The notes under the pieces: generated by a model
The model's database searches: none
What the model was told of the DNA's origin: nothing
What the model saw: the letters and a program-made list of their open reading frames with translations, nothing else
Shown here: piece by piece, positions 11,563-22,838 of the stretch
Position numbering within the stretch: the stretch's first letter is position 1
Layout of the letters: each line of letters opens with the position of its first letter
Made by a program: the position numbers and the translations under genes
Assembly: GCA_051313645.2 (NCBI GenBank)
Contig: JBNRSN020000002.1
Coordinates: 434,496,001-434,560,000 of the forward strand
DNA length: 64,000 nucleotides
From: Centroscyllium fabricii
Lineage: Eukaryota
Reading direction: 5' to 3'

Positions 11563-12460
11563 TAAGTGAGGAGGACATAAAAAACCAGCAAAAGGACATA
11601 GACAGGCTAAGTGAGTGGGCAAAAATTTGGCAGATGGAATATAAATGTTGGAAAGTGTGAGGTTATGCACTTTGGCAGAAAAAAATCAAAGAGCAAGTTA
11701 TTATCTAAATGGAGAGAAACTGCAAAGTGCTACAGTACAAAGGGATCTGGGGGTCATGGTGCATGAAACACAGAAGGTTAGTCTGCAGGTACAGCAGGTA
11801 ATCAGGAAGGCCAATGGAATCTTGGCTTTTATTGCAAGGGGGGTGGAGTATAAAAGCAGGGAAGTCTTGCTGCAGTTATACAGGGTACTGGTGAGACCAC
11901 ACCTGGAGTACTGTGTACAGTTTTGGTTTCCATATTTAAGAAAAGATATACTTGCCCTCGAGGCAGTTCAGAGAAGGTTACTCGGTTGATTCCGGAGATG
12001 AGGGGGTTGACTTATGAGGAATGGATAAGTAGGTTGGGCCTCTACTCATTGGAATTCAGAAGAATGAGAGGCGATCTTATCGAAACATATAAGATTGTGA
12101 GGGGGCTTGATCGGGTGGATGCAGTGAGGATGTTTCCACTGATGGGTGAGACTAGAACTAGGGGGCATAATCTGAGAATAAGGGACTGCCCTTTCAAAAC
12201 TGAGATGAGGAGAAACTTCTTCACTCAGAGGGTGGTAAATCTATGGAATTTGCTGCCCCAGAGAGCTGTGGAAGGTGCGACATTAAATACATTTAAAACG
12301 GAGATAGACAGTTTCCTAGCTGATAAGGGGTTATGGGAAGCGGGCAGGGAAGTGGATGTGGGTCTAAGTTCGGATCAGCCATGATCCTATTGAATGGCGG
12401 AGCAGGCTCGAGGGGCCGTATGGCCGACTCCTGCTCCTATTTCTTATGTTCTTATTTATG
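11563..12460 (+). mobile_element. CR1 LINE 3' fragment with frameshifts
   Basis: ORFs 11645-11989 and 11923-12384 are close to the 563-1754 protein. Typical 3' tail. Confidence 0.9.
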
Positions 12461-12519
12461 TAATTGGCAAACGACATTTATCGTAGTTTGGGCACTCGGC
12501 CAGGCTCAACTGGTCGCAT

Positions 12520-12648
12520 GACACTTCACCTGAGGAAGGAGCAGCGCTCCGAAAGCTTGTGATTTCAAATAAAACTGTTGGACTATAACCTGGTGTTGTG
12601 TGACTTCTTACAATTGTCCACCCCAGTCCAACACCGGCACCTCCACAC
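12520..12648 (+). mobile_element. Penelope family-B pLTR fragment with hammerhead motif
   Basis: TCAC-CTGAGGA-AGGAGCAGCGCTCC-GAAAGCTT-GTGA, then AATAAAACTGTTGGACTATAACCTGG, as at 44987-45115. Confidence 0.75.
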
Positions 12649-12649
12649 T

Positions 12650-13575
12650 GTGGGGAATGTGTGAGGTCGTCCACTTTGGACCTGAGAAAGACAAATCGGA
12701 ATCTTTTCTTAATGGTGTGAGACTAGGAATTGTGAAGGAGCAAAATTATTTGGATTCCACATACACAGATCACTAAAAGCTAGTGCACGGGTACAAAAGG
12801 TAATCAGAAAGGCTAATGAAATGTTGGCCTTTATATCAAGGAGTTCGGACTTTCACAATGAGGAACTGGTGCTTCAGTTGTATGGAGCCTTGGTCTGAAC
12901 CGATCTGGAGTACTGCATTCAGTTTTGGGCACCACACCTCAGGAAAGATATCTTGGCCTTGGAAGGGGTAAACATAGAAGATAGGAGCAGGAGTAGGCCA
13001 TTCGGCCCCTTGAGCCTGCTCCGCCATTCAATGCGATCATGGCTGATCATCCAAACCCAGTACCCTGTCCCTGCCTTCTCCCCATATCCCTTGATCCCTT
13101 TAGCCTTAAGTACAGTGCAGATTCACCAGAATGATACAGGGCCATAAAAGGTTAAATTATGATTACAGGATGCATAAATTTGTCTTGTACCCCTTCGAGT
13201 TTCGAAGGTTGAAGAGTGATTTAATCAAGGTGTTTAAAATGATAAAGGGATTCGATAGGGTAGATACAGAGAAACTATTTCCTCTGGTGAGGGGGAATCC
13301 AGAACAAAAGGGCACATTAGAGCCAGACCGTTCAGGTGTGAAATCAGGAAGCACTTTTTTCACACAAGAGGTGGTAGAAATGTGGAACTCTCTCCCCCAA
13401 AAGAGGGGGTCAATTGAACTTTTCAAGACTGAGATCGATAGGTTATTGTTTGGTATGGGTATTAAGGAGTATGAAGCAAAGGCGGGTAAATAGAGTTGTG
13501 GTACAGATCAGCCGTGATCTGAATGAAGAGCAGAATGAAAATCTTGAGGGGCTGAAGGTCTAATCCTGTTCCTAT
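12650..13575 (+). mobile_element. Old degenerate CR1, with an antisense CR1/SINE tail inserted at about 12968-13110
   Basis: ORF 13131-13493: FEFRRLKSDLIKVFKMIKGFDRVD.. Confidence 0.75.
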
Positions 13576-13694
13576 GACACCATCTAAGTTTTTTAAATAA
13601 TGAAAAAACTTGCATTCAGATAGCGCTTTTCACACCCTCTGGACGCCCAGAGTCCTTCACAGCTAATTAAGTCGTTTTGAAGTATAATCGCTTT

Positions 13695-13911
13695 TGTGGT
13701 AATATTGAACAGACTTCCGGGGGAAGACTAAGGGGTGAACTCTGTACATGTCACTTCCTGTTTCCTGTTACTATAAATACTGGAACTGCTCAGTATGGGG
13801 AGAAAGCTTCACCTGGAAGCATGGTAAAACCCATCTTTGTACATAGTGATAATGTAGTGGATTAAAGCTTTGCTTTAAGTTATTGATCTATCAGACTCCA
13901 TTATTACATCA
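13695..13911 (+). mobile_element. Solo LTR, 217 bp
   Basis: TGTGGTAATA...TATTACATCA ends, near-TSD GCTTT/GCTTA, TATAAATA and ATTAAA inside. It interrupts a SINE. Confidence 0.75.
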
Positions 13912-14216
13912 GCTTACATAGGCAAACACTGCAGCCAATCTGTGCATAGCAAGCTCCCACAAACGACATGAGATAAATGACCAGCGCTGGTTGAGGGATA
14001 AATGTTGACCAATACACTGGGAGAGTTCCCCTGCTCTTCCTTCAGATAGTCCCATGGGATCCTTTACATCCACCTGAGAAAGCAGACAGGGCTTCGGTTT
14101 ATCATCTTATCTGAAAGAAGGCACCTCCGAAAATTGGAACTCCTGAAGTGTCAGCCTAGATTATGTGGTCAAGACCCCGGAGTAGGACCTGAGCCCACGA
14201 CCTTCTGACTCAGCAG

Positions 14217-14533
14217 CATAGAATCATAGAATCCCTACAGTGCAGATAGAGGCTATTTCGGCCCATCGAGCCTGCACCGACACATATCCCACCCTATCCC
14301 CGTAACCCCACATGTTTAATCCCCCTAACACTAAGGGTCAATTTATCATGGCCAATCAACCTAACCCGCACATCTTTGGACTGTGGGAGGAAACCGGAGC
14401 ACCCGGAGGAAACCCACGCAGACACGGGGAGAATGTGCAAACTCCACACAGATAGTCACCCGAGGCCGGATTTGAACCCGGGCCCCTGGCGCTGTGAGGC
14501 AACAGTGCTAACCACTGTGCCACCGTGCCGCCC
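14217..14533 (-). mobile_element. V-SINE (HE1-like) with alternative CR1 tail
   Basis: Same head and V-domain as 10944. Tail reads ..CTGTAGGGATTCTATGATTCTATG. Confidence 0.88.
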
Positions 14534-14856
14534 CAGCAAGAGTGCTCCCCACTGAACCAAGGCTTGACTTTGCATCTACGGCCTACTGAGGCTGTGAGCT
14601 CCACATGCACACAACTACTTGTGTGAAGTAGTTTTTCCTGTATTCATTTTGAACTGGTTTAGCTAAGACTCTCCACTTGTTCTGGATTCCCTACAAGAAG
14701 GGTCATTCCCTGTCTACCCTATCAGCTCTCTTTGTTATTTTAATCAGGACACTCCTTAACCTCCTCACCTCCAGGGAATTTAACCCAAGGTTACCTGCTC
14801 TCTCCTCATTACTCAGTTACTTCATTCCAGGTATCGCCCTGCTCACCGGGCCAATA

Positions 14857-15279
14857 CAGGTACACAATCCCTTATCCGCAACTCCAAAAAACAAAAAGCT
14901 CCAAAAACCGAAGTTTTTCTTCAATTTATTTAGGAAAAAAAATAATTTAAGCTGCAGCAGAAAAAACACGTTACTACCGCGATCTCTTGCTGTTGATGCC
15001 GTGCTGAGGAAAAAAACGGCTGATCTCCTCCTCCAAACGGCCGATCTCCTCCAGCAAACGGGCGATCTCCTCCTCCAAACGGCCGATCTCCCCCGCAAAC
15101 AGCCGATCTCCCGCTCCAAACGGCCGATATGCCGTTCCCCGATTGCGAGCTGGGCTGCAAACACGGAATTGCACAAGCGATCTGCGCATACGCACTGGGG
15201 CCAACTCTATAAACCATATTTATCCGAAAACCGAGACCCGCCCTATCCCGAGGTTTTCGGATAAAGGGTTGTGTACCTG
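14857..15279. mobile_element. Tc1/pogo-like MITE (TIR CAGGTACACAATCC)
   Basis: TA|CAGGTACACAATCCCTTATCCG...CGGATAAAGGGTTGTGTACCTG|TA. Internal 21-bp tandem repeat at about 15017-15130. Confidence 0.85.
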
Positions 15280-16153
15280 TATATTCATCCTAAACTGGGA
15301 CACCCAAAACTGAATGTAATATTCCAAATGAGGAGTGGAGTTAAATAATATATGAATAGTCACTTCCTGTCTCTGAAGCACTCGGTTGCTACGACGACAG
15401 AAAATGACATTGCCAACATTGCAGATGAAGTACAGAAGCTTTGATTCCATTTGGTGTGTGATTTGTGTGAGTTTTGCTTCCCTCAGGTTTCTCGCCCCAC
15501 CTTACCCACTGCTGGCCCCTTACTGGTCTGATAGCTTCTGGCTCTTATCCTGAGGAATGGAACACTATCCTTCTTTGCACACACAATGTCAGCATCAAAC
15601 ATTCCCATGGTAGTCCTGTACAGTCAGATGCAGAGTCAAACTCTCCGTACTATGCCCAAATAATTGGGATTTGGGGGGGGGGGGCGATGGTGCAGTTCAT
15701 AATTTGCTCTGGTTGCTATGTGGGGTTAACATATTACAGGAGTTTCCTGATCTCCTGCTGTAACTTCAGTGAGAACCTCTGAGGGGCGGCTGTTTATGCC
15801 CCTTTCTTGTCTGATAACTCCTGTGAAGCACCATGGGATGTTTTACTACATTAAAGGCGCTATATAAATGCAAATCGTTGCTGCTGTCCGCCATTTGCGG
15901 CAGTCACCCACTGAGGAGACGGGAGAACTCCCTGTGGAGATTACCGGCGATGCTGGTTTAATGGAGCTCCAGTGAGCCCCCTGAGCAATTCTTCCAACAA
16001 CAGGCCGCAGCCTCAGAGGAGTTCCCCCTACTGCACCAGCGTGCTGTTTTCCACTTTCCTTCACCTGTTATCTTGCGGCCTCTCTGATTGGCCGAGTTAA
16101 AGGCCGAGGGCCCACTCCCACTAGAAACTGGACTGCGTCCGTCCAAACTCATT

Positions 16154-17044
16154 GGGCAGGATTTTCCTGAAGGTGTGGGAAATGGGTGGGATCCCCACTG
16201 ATCACTCTATCTTCCCGCTTTTTGAAGGGTGTGGAGTCCCCGTGCAATTTTGGCTTAATTAACCAATTAATTCCCAGAGTGTGGGAAGATCCTAACAATT
16301 GAGGGATTTTGCCTAGAAACTGGGCGGGCTTTGACCTGTGTGAGCAGCAGAATCTATGATTGGCAGCTGTACTGATAGGCTTGGTGTTTCTCTTTCTGTG
16401 GTTTCAGGGCATTATGATGTTATAATGCTATGTCAACTGATGAAACCACAAATCTAAGAGTGACAGCTTTAAGTAGGCTGTCTCAGTTTGTGGTTTCGGT
16501 GGAATGTAAACAGAAACTGATCCACTGGGTGATTGACAGCGGAGCTGCTTTGCTTCACAGACACAGCTCGCAGCGCGTTCTCTCAGTCACTAGGACGCAG
16601 CTGTCAGGTAAGTGATTTTAAGTTCTTTGGGCACTGAAGTTTGGCACCCTTGGGTGCCAGTTACACCTCCAGCATGGTGGAGGCTAGCAAGCTGCTGTGC
16701 GGCTGCTGTTTCCCCTGCCTTGAATGTGGCAGTCACCCAGCCAATTGGGTGCCCGCCAGCTTTCAACGGCGGTGTTCCCACCAGGCGGGTTCTGGGTGGG
16801 AAGAGGGTCAAAGTATCAAGGGGCCCTTAAAATGGCATTATCGATGCCAATTAAGGGCCCCTAATGAGCTTAACGAGCATCCCCGCTGATGCCGGGCGGG
16901 ACTGAGGCGGGCCGACCGGACCCGCTGGGTGAAATTGACAAGCGGGCGGGAAGGTGGGGGGAGGGGTCACGGACCCCCGTTTTTGCTATTTTCGTTGCAG
17001 TCCCGCCGAAAAACCCACCTCACGGCCAAAGGAAAATCCTGCCC
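16154..17044 (+). mobile_element. Harbinger-like MITE, copy 2
   Basis: Perfect TIR GGGCAGGATTTTCCT / AGGAAAATCCTGCCC with 3-bp TSD ATT. Confidence 0.85.
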
Positions 17045-17079
17045 ATTGAATTAAATTTAATTCTTGTGTCACCGGTCAA

Positions 17080-17446
17080 AGACCTGGACTAATAATCCAG
17101 TGAATATGAGATCAAATCCCACCATGGGAGTTTGAGAATTTGAATTCAGTTTTTTTTTAATTCCAGAAAGGAAAAGCTGGTATCACTAAAAGTAACTGAA
17201 GCTTGTTGTAAAAACCCAAATGGTTCACTCATGTCCCTGAGGGAATGAAATCTTACCTGGTCTGGCCTACAGGTAACTCCAGTCTCACACCAATGTGGCT
17301 GACTGTTAGGTGGCCTAGCATGCCGTTCAGTTGTATTAACTTGTTACAGCGGTTCAGAACGAAGGCCCACCACCAACTAGGGACGCGCAGTAAATGCCGG
17401 CCTTGCCAGTGATAGCCACATCCCGAAATTAAATAATAAAAAAAAA
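17080..17446 (+). mobile_element. SINE-like repeat (family of 7794-8170)
   Basis: Colinear similarity and A-rich tail. Confidence 0.6.
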
Positions 17447-18235
17447 GACCAATTAGCAAATCACCTTTATGAGAAACTGTGGATGAACGTGATTAGAATG
17501 AAACTACAAGGAAAAGAACTCTGAGGCAAAGAAATCGAGAATAAATCAGTGAATTGCCAGTAGTGAGAAATCGAGAGCAACCAGTGGTGAGAATAGAACA
17601 ATCAGCAAGAAGACTTTTAACAAGTAACTGGGACTTGTGCAAGACTGTGGGATGAGCGGGAGACTTGCAACGAGAAACCGTGGTGCGACCATGGTTAATC
17701 TGTTAGTGCAAAAACAAGAAGAGATAAGATTAAGAGATCGTGGCTGAAAATTAAATGATCTGACCTTGAAATACTGGGTAATGAAACATGGAGAAGCGTC
17801 GATGCACCGGATGTCTTTCTGCGTTGATGTCACTTTCTGTTTTAACAGCGAATGAGTTTTCAGAAACAGGAAATGGAGACTTTAAAGGGGCTAGGTTTTG
17901 CGAACGTGTTTTGACAAAGATTGTCCTCCTACAGAGCTTCCTTAAGGCACCAGCAAGCCCGGTGGCTGCATGGGGGGGGGGGGGGGGGGGGTACTCAGCT
18001 TTTAATGGGGGGTCCATGCAGGTGCACAGGGTTCCACGTCCAATAAAAATATTTTTGGGCAAAGTTGAGGTAGGTTTCACTGTGGATGCAAATCGTGAGG
18101 GGGAGGGAAGTAAGGAGGACATGGTGACTGACCCTCCCCTGCCCAAAATAGTGTTTCCAAACATGCTGCAGACTCGCCCCCTCACCCAGATGATAAGGAT
18201 GGAATTCCCTACAGAATACCTCTGGTCCTTTCTAA

Positions 18236-19058
18236 GGGGGGGATTTTCGCAAAGGTGTGGGAAACTGGCGGGTTTTGGGCGGATCAGGTTTTTGACACGA
18301 ATGTTCAAGGGCCTGGGAGCCCCACGCAATTTTGGCTTAATTGGCCAATTTAATTGCCCACGTGTCAGAGCCCCTGCCAATTGACTGATTCCAGTCAGAA
18401 AGCGGTGGAGCTGCAGCTGACAGCCGGAGGTTTGATTGACGGGGTAAGGACTGTGTGTTGTTAGTTTCTATGGAAACAGTGCATTGTGACATCACAATGG
18501 AGTGCAACCAATCTCAAAGCCCAAGTGGATTGAGTGATAGGTCTAAGGACTCGCTGGAAAGCTCTCACAGTTAGGGGCCATCTCTCTGTGAAGCATTTCC
18601 ATTCATCTGTCAGGTAAGTTTGTGGAAAGTTTTTACCACAGCTGCTCTTCAGACAAGGGAGTCACTTACACCTCCAGGGTGTTGAAGGCCTGGAAGGCAT
18701 TCTGCTGCAGGTGCTTCAATGCCTTGAAGGTGAAAGTGACCAAGCCGAATGTGATCCCGCTAGGTTTCACCGGCGGGGTTTCAGGATGGCGGTGTATGGG
18801 TGGGAAGGGCTTCAAAATCACGAGGGGCGCTTAAAATGGGATTACCCATGACAATTAAGGGCCTCTAATGAGTACAACGATCAACCCCGCCGGTGGCGGG
18901 CGGGAAAGATTCGGGCCAGCTAGATACGCCGGCCGAAAATTGCAAAGTGGCGGGGATCCGGCGGGAGGGGTCGGGACCCCCCCCCCCCCACTGGTTTCGG
19001 GATTTTAATCCCCGCCCCGCCGGAAACGCGCCCTCATGGCTCATTGAAAATCCCCCCT
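18236..19058 (+). mobile_element. Harbinger-like MITE, copy 3
   Basis: GGGGGGGATTTTC...GAAAATCCCCCC with TAA flanks. Confidence 0.8.
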
Positions 19059-19602
19059 TAAGTGTTTGCGTTTCAATTCCATTCGATATTGAGATTTATT
19101 CCTGCTATTTGTGTGGTGATCCTCCTAGTGTAACTTTGGCAGTAAGTAGATTGGCAGAGGCGGCAGGAGATCAGGGAGGCCCCTGTGGAAATTCAGCCCC
19201 TTAAAGTGTTTTATGTTAGATCAGTGCTCTGGAGGAAGCGTTAACCTGAGGCCCAGGTGTTTGAGCGGGTCAGGTGGATGTAAAAGATCCCATGGCACTA
19301 TTCAAAGAGTAGGGACTTCCCTTGCTTTCCTAGCCAACATTCCTCCCTCCCAGCATAGATTTAATAGGATGACACCTGGACTCCCAAGAGCTAAATTACG
19401 AGGCAAGATTACACAAACTAGCGTTGTGTTCAGTGTTCCCTTTCATTTATTTTCTGCATGGGTCCTTTAAATTTGCAGCGGCCGCCCGAACGCAGTCTCT
19501 CTTCCAGCGGCTGCAGCTGGTGAGCGGCCTGCGTGGGACCTCGCCATTGGCTGAATGGCGCAACAGGCTCGAGGGGCTAAACGGCCGACTCCTGTAATAC
19601 TG

Positions 19603-20530
19603 GACGACACGGTGGCGCAGTGGTTAGCACTGCTGCCTCGCAATAAGGAGCTCCTGGGTTCGAATCCTGCTTGGCCCAGGACCTCTCTGCGTGGAGTTTG
19701 CATGTTCTCCCCATTTTTGTGTGGGTTACCTCCGGTTTTCTCCCACCACCCAAAGACATGCAGGTTAGGTGAGGTGAGGTGGAGATACAGGTTGAGCACC
19801 GTTAGTCCGGCACAGGCGGGACCAGGCCCGTGCTGGGTAAGTGAAAATCCTGAACAATTGAAGTTTCGGCGAGCGCATGCACAGACCATTCAAACTGGCC
19901 GCCGTGAAAGGCCAGCCGCCATTTTGAGTGGTCTGCGCATGCGTTTATCGTTCGGTAGGGCCCGGCTCGAGGAGGCTCGGTAAGGCCCGGCTCGGGTAGG
20001 CTCGGTAAGGCGAGGCCCGGCTCGGTAAGGCGAGGCCCGGCTCGGGAAGCCCCAGCTCAGCAAGGTGAGGCTCGGCTCGGGAAGCCCCGGCTCGGTAAGG
20101 TGAGGCTCGGGAAGGCCAGGCATCGTTCAGCAGCGCATGCGCAGATCATTAAAAACTTCGTGGTGGCCATTGTGAATGATCTGCACATGCGCTCGTCATT
20201 CGGCGGCGCATGCACAGATCATTCACTGAAGCATCAATCGCGGCGGCCATTTTGCGCATGCGCAGGGCAGTCGGGGCAATTTGTTCCGGAAGACTGAAGC
20301 TGCCGGCTTATCGGGTAATGGATTAACGGTGCACAACCTGTACTAAAAATTGCCCATGAGTATGTGTGTGAGATATAGGTCTTAGAGTTGGGGGTGTTGG
20401 GGGATATGGGGAGAGGGTAGGAGGGGGATGCTGGGTTTGGATGATCAGCGATGATCTCATCAAAAATGGCGGTGCAGGCTCGAAGGGCCGAATGGCCTAC
20501 TCCTGCTCCTATCTTCTGTGTTTCTGTGTT
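19603..20530 (+). mobile_element. Diverged V-SINE split by a MITE
   Basis: tRNA head and V-domain at 19603-19780, CR1-type tail at 20400-20530. Confidence 0.7.
19788..20340. mobile_element. Tigger-like MITE with internal ~20-bp tandem repeat
   Basis: TA|CAGGTTGAGCACCGTTA...TAACGGTGCACAACCTG|TA. GAGGCCCGGCTCGGTAAGGC repeats at 19960-20115. Same subfamily as 45570-45937. Confidence 0.85.
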
Positions 20531-20702
20531 CCTGTGCACATAGCCCACACTGTCAATAACAACTCTACAATAGAATCGGGAGCGCTGCCAGAAGTATTTA
20601 ACTTTATAGTGTGATAATATCTAATGTTTAAAAAAAAAGTGTGAATGAATGGATAGATAAACAGATTTGACATACATATGTGTTCAGATTCCCAGATTCT
20701 TG

Positions 20703-21035
20703 ATCTTCTTCTTGGGCAGTCCCTCGGAACCGAAGATGACTTGCTTCCACATTAAAAATGAGTTCTCAGGTGACTGATGAGTCCAATGCAGGACCTACAG
20801 TCTCTGTCACAGGTGGGGCAGACGGTGGTTGAAGGGGGCAGGTGGGTGGGGTGCTTGGGTTGACGTGCGCTCCTTGCGCTGCCTGCGCTTGGCTTCCGCT
20901 TGCTCCTGGCAAAGAGACTCGAGGTGCTCGCCGCCTTCCCGGATGCTTCTCCTCCACTTTGTGCGGTCTTGGGCCAGGGATTCCCAGGTGTCGGTGGGGA
21001 TGTTGCACTTTTTCAAGGAGGCTGTGAGGGTGATT
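20703..21035 (-). mobile_element. RTE-clade LINE 3' end
   Basis: ASLKKCNIPTDTWESLAQDRTKWRRSIREG..AEAKRRQRK, a C2H2-like CPTC..SHLRTH motif, and an (AAG)n tail. Confidence 0.85.
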
Positions 21036-22445
21036 AGGAGTTTCTGGGCACTCAATGTTGATTCATTGAAGAATCTATTGTGAAACTAGCCCAGGCAAGA
21101 CACCCACAGGAGACCCGTGAATTGCAATAAAGCAGGGAACCTGTCGGAAGTTAATATTAACTGTGCGTATAACGTGTCATGTCCTGCTATTTAATTATGG
21201 TTGCTTCATAATACTGTAACGACATAGCACTGAACTCCAGTATAGGGAGCCTGTAAATGAAAAAGGTAAAGGTACATATTCTGGGTGCTTGATTTATCCG
21301 AAAACAAACCAGAACCAAATTGTGATCTGGCAGGAAAAATCCGAAACCGTGCAGGTGTTGTTGCAATTCTGAAACAAAAGCAGAAACTGCTGGAAATGCT
21401 CAGGTGGGCAGGCCGCACCTATGGAGGACAGAGGGGTCGACAATTTGGGTTGGAGAGGGAGATGTCACAGGGATGTTTTGACAGAGGGTCCACATCTGAA
21501 ACATCATCTCCTCTGTTCTCTCCACAGATGTTGCCTGATCTGCTGAGTGTCGGCAACATTTTAAGTTGTGTATCTGGGTCACTAGCTGGTGCTGGGAGTT
21601 AACAAATCCAAAGGCAGAGTGGGGTTTCCTCTGGTTTGAATCCACATAGTACCATTGGCACCTGGCTTCTAATAGAGGCTCATCTGATGGAATGAAAGTG
21701 TTGAGTCTTAGTAAAGTGAATCTGGAACAGTGTCAGCCCAGTTCCCTTAGAAGGTGCAAGTCCACAGCACAGAACTGCATATGATTGGGTACAAATTGGC
21801 ATAAAATTAGCGTTCTCACTCAGAAATCAGTGACAATGATATTAGAACACTAGAAGAAAACATTTTGGTTTGGCGTTGAGTCACAATGACCCGTATTTTC
21901 TGATTGCAGACCTCCCGCGGGCGTGGGCCTGCGATCTGGAAAAATCTACGCCCTTACCTGAGGGCTCCCGGGATGCACACGCTTCCGCTCCTGGGCCTCT
22001 CCCAACTCCAACTGCACAGGGCCCACGTATTCCAGAGGCGCAGATAGTTTGCAGTGTCCCTGGGATCACGTGGGCCATGGGGAGCCAATCAAAGAAGGGA
22101 ATCTCCCTTCATACACTTGACAGGAAGATTTGTCAAATATATGAATGGAGATCACCCCAAATACATAGTCAAACATTAAATAAAAATGTTTTAATGCCAA
22201 GAGCATTCTTGACAGATCGGAAAATGCCGGTTTCCAGCACATGAGCTGTGCATGCCTTACACCGGCATTTCCGATGTCCCTACAGGTGGGTACACAGCAC
22301 GTACTCACCCGTGGGGATCGGAATATCTGGGCCATTGTTCATGCAGAGTAGAGGGAGCTTTAGGCTGCATTTGGGGGAAGACATACTCAGCATAGGTGCA
22401 GTGATATTCAAAATGATGAGGGGCTTTGATAGAGCAAGTAGGGAG

Positions 22446-22680
22446 TGTAATGATATCAGCAAATATTGATCATGTTTGCCTGTTTGATTATCTATGCCTT
22501 ACCAGCAGAGGGCATGTGACAAGAAACAAGTTAGTTAAGTTGCAGTATAGGATTGATCTCCAAGATGGAGTCTCCCTGTAAGCCTCATGTAAATCAGTAA
22601 ACTACTTGAACATACGTTAGGTTAAAAAACATTCTCCTTCACCAATGTGTCGTCGTTGAACCCATATAGAAAACAATACA
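22446..22680 (+). repeat. 5' LTR of Mag-like element (235 bp)
   Basis: TGTAAT...AATACA, matching the split 3' LTR with scattered substitutions. Confidence 0.9.
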
Positions 22681-22694
22681 TGGTGTCAGAAGTG
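22681..22694 (+). promoter_or_regulatory. Primer-binding site, tRNA-Leu type
   Basis: TGGTGTCAGAAGTG immediately after the LTR, complementary to the 3' end of vertebrate tRNA-Leu(CAA). Confidence 0.8.
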
Positions 22695-22838
22695 ATTGAA
22701 GGAGATGAAGAGGAAAAATCTGAAGTTAGCAACTAGTCATGGCAAGTAAGCTACCCAGCGAAATCAGCTCTCCACATATTAGCAAACCAAAAGAGAACAT
22801 TGTTACTTACCTTTGGAGAATAGCTAACGAAGTGCAAA

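Larger units (their letters stand above)
13605..14570 (-). mobile_element. DeuSINE-like SINE split by a solo LTR and a V-SINE
   Basis: Colinear with 3634-4003 once 13695-13911 and 14217-14533 are removed. Confidence 0.6.

Noticed and set aside
13710-13830. ETS motifs, TATA box and short ATG|GT exon resembling a host promoter
   Set aside because: It lies within a TG...CA segment with a near-TSD that interrupts a SINE, so it is a solo LTR.
17751-18384. Overlapping ~200-aa ORFs on both strands
   Set aside because: They run across a MITE boundary and a poly-G tract, and show no recognisable domain.
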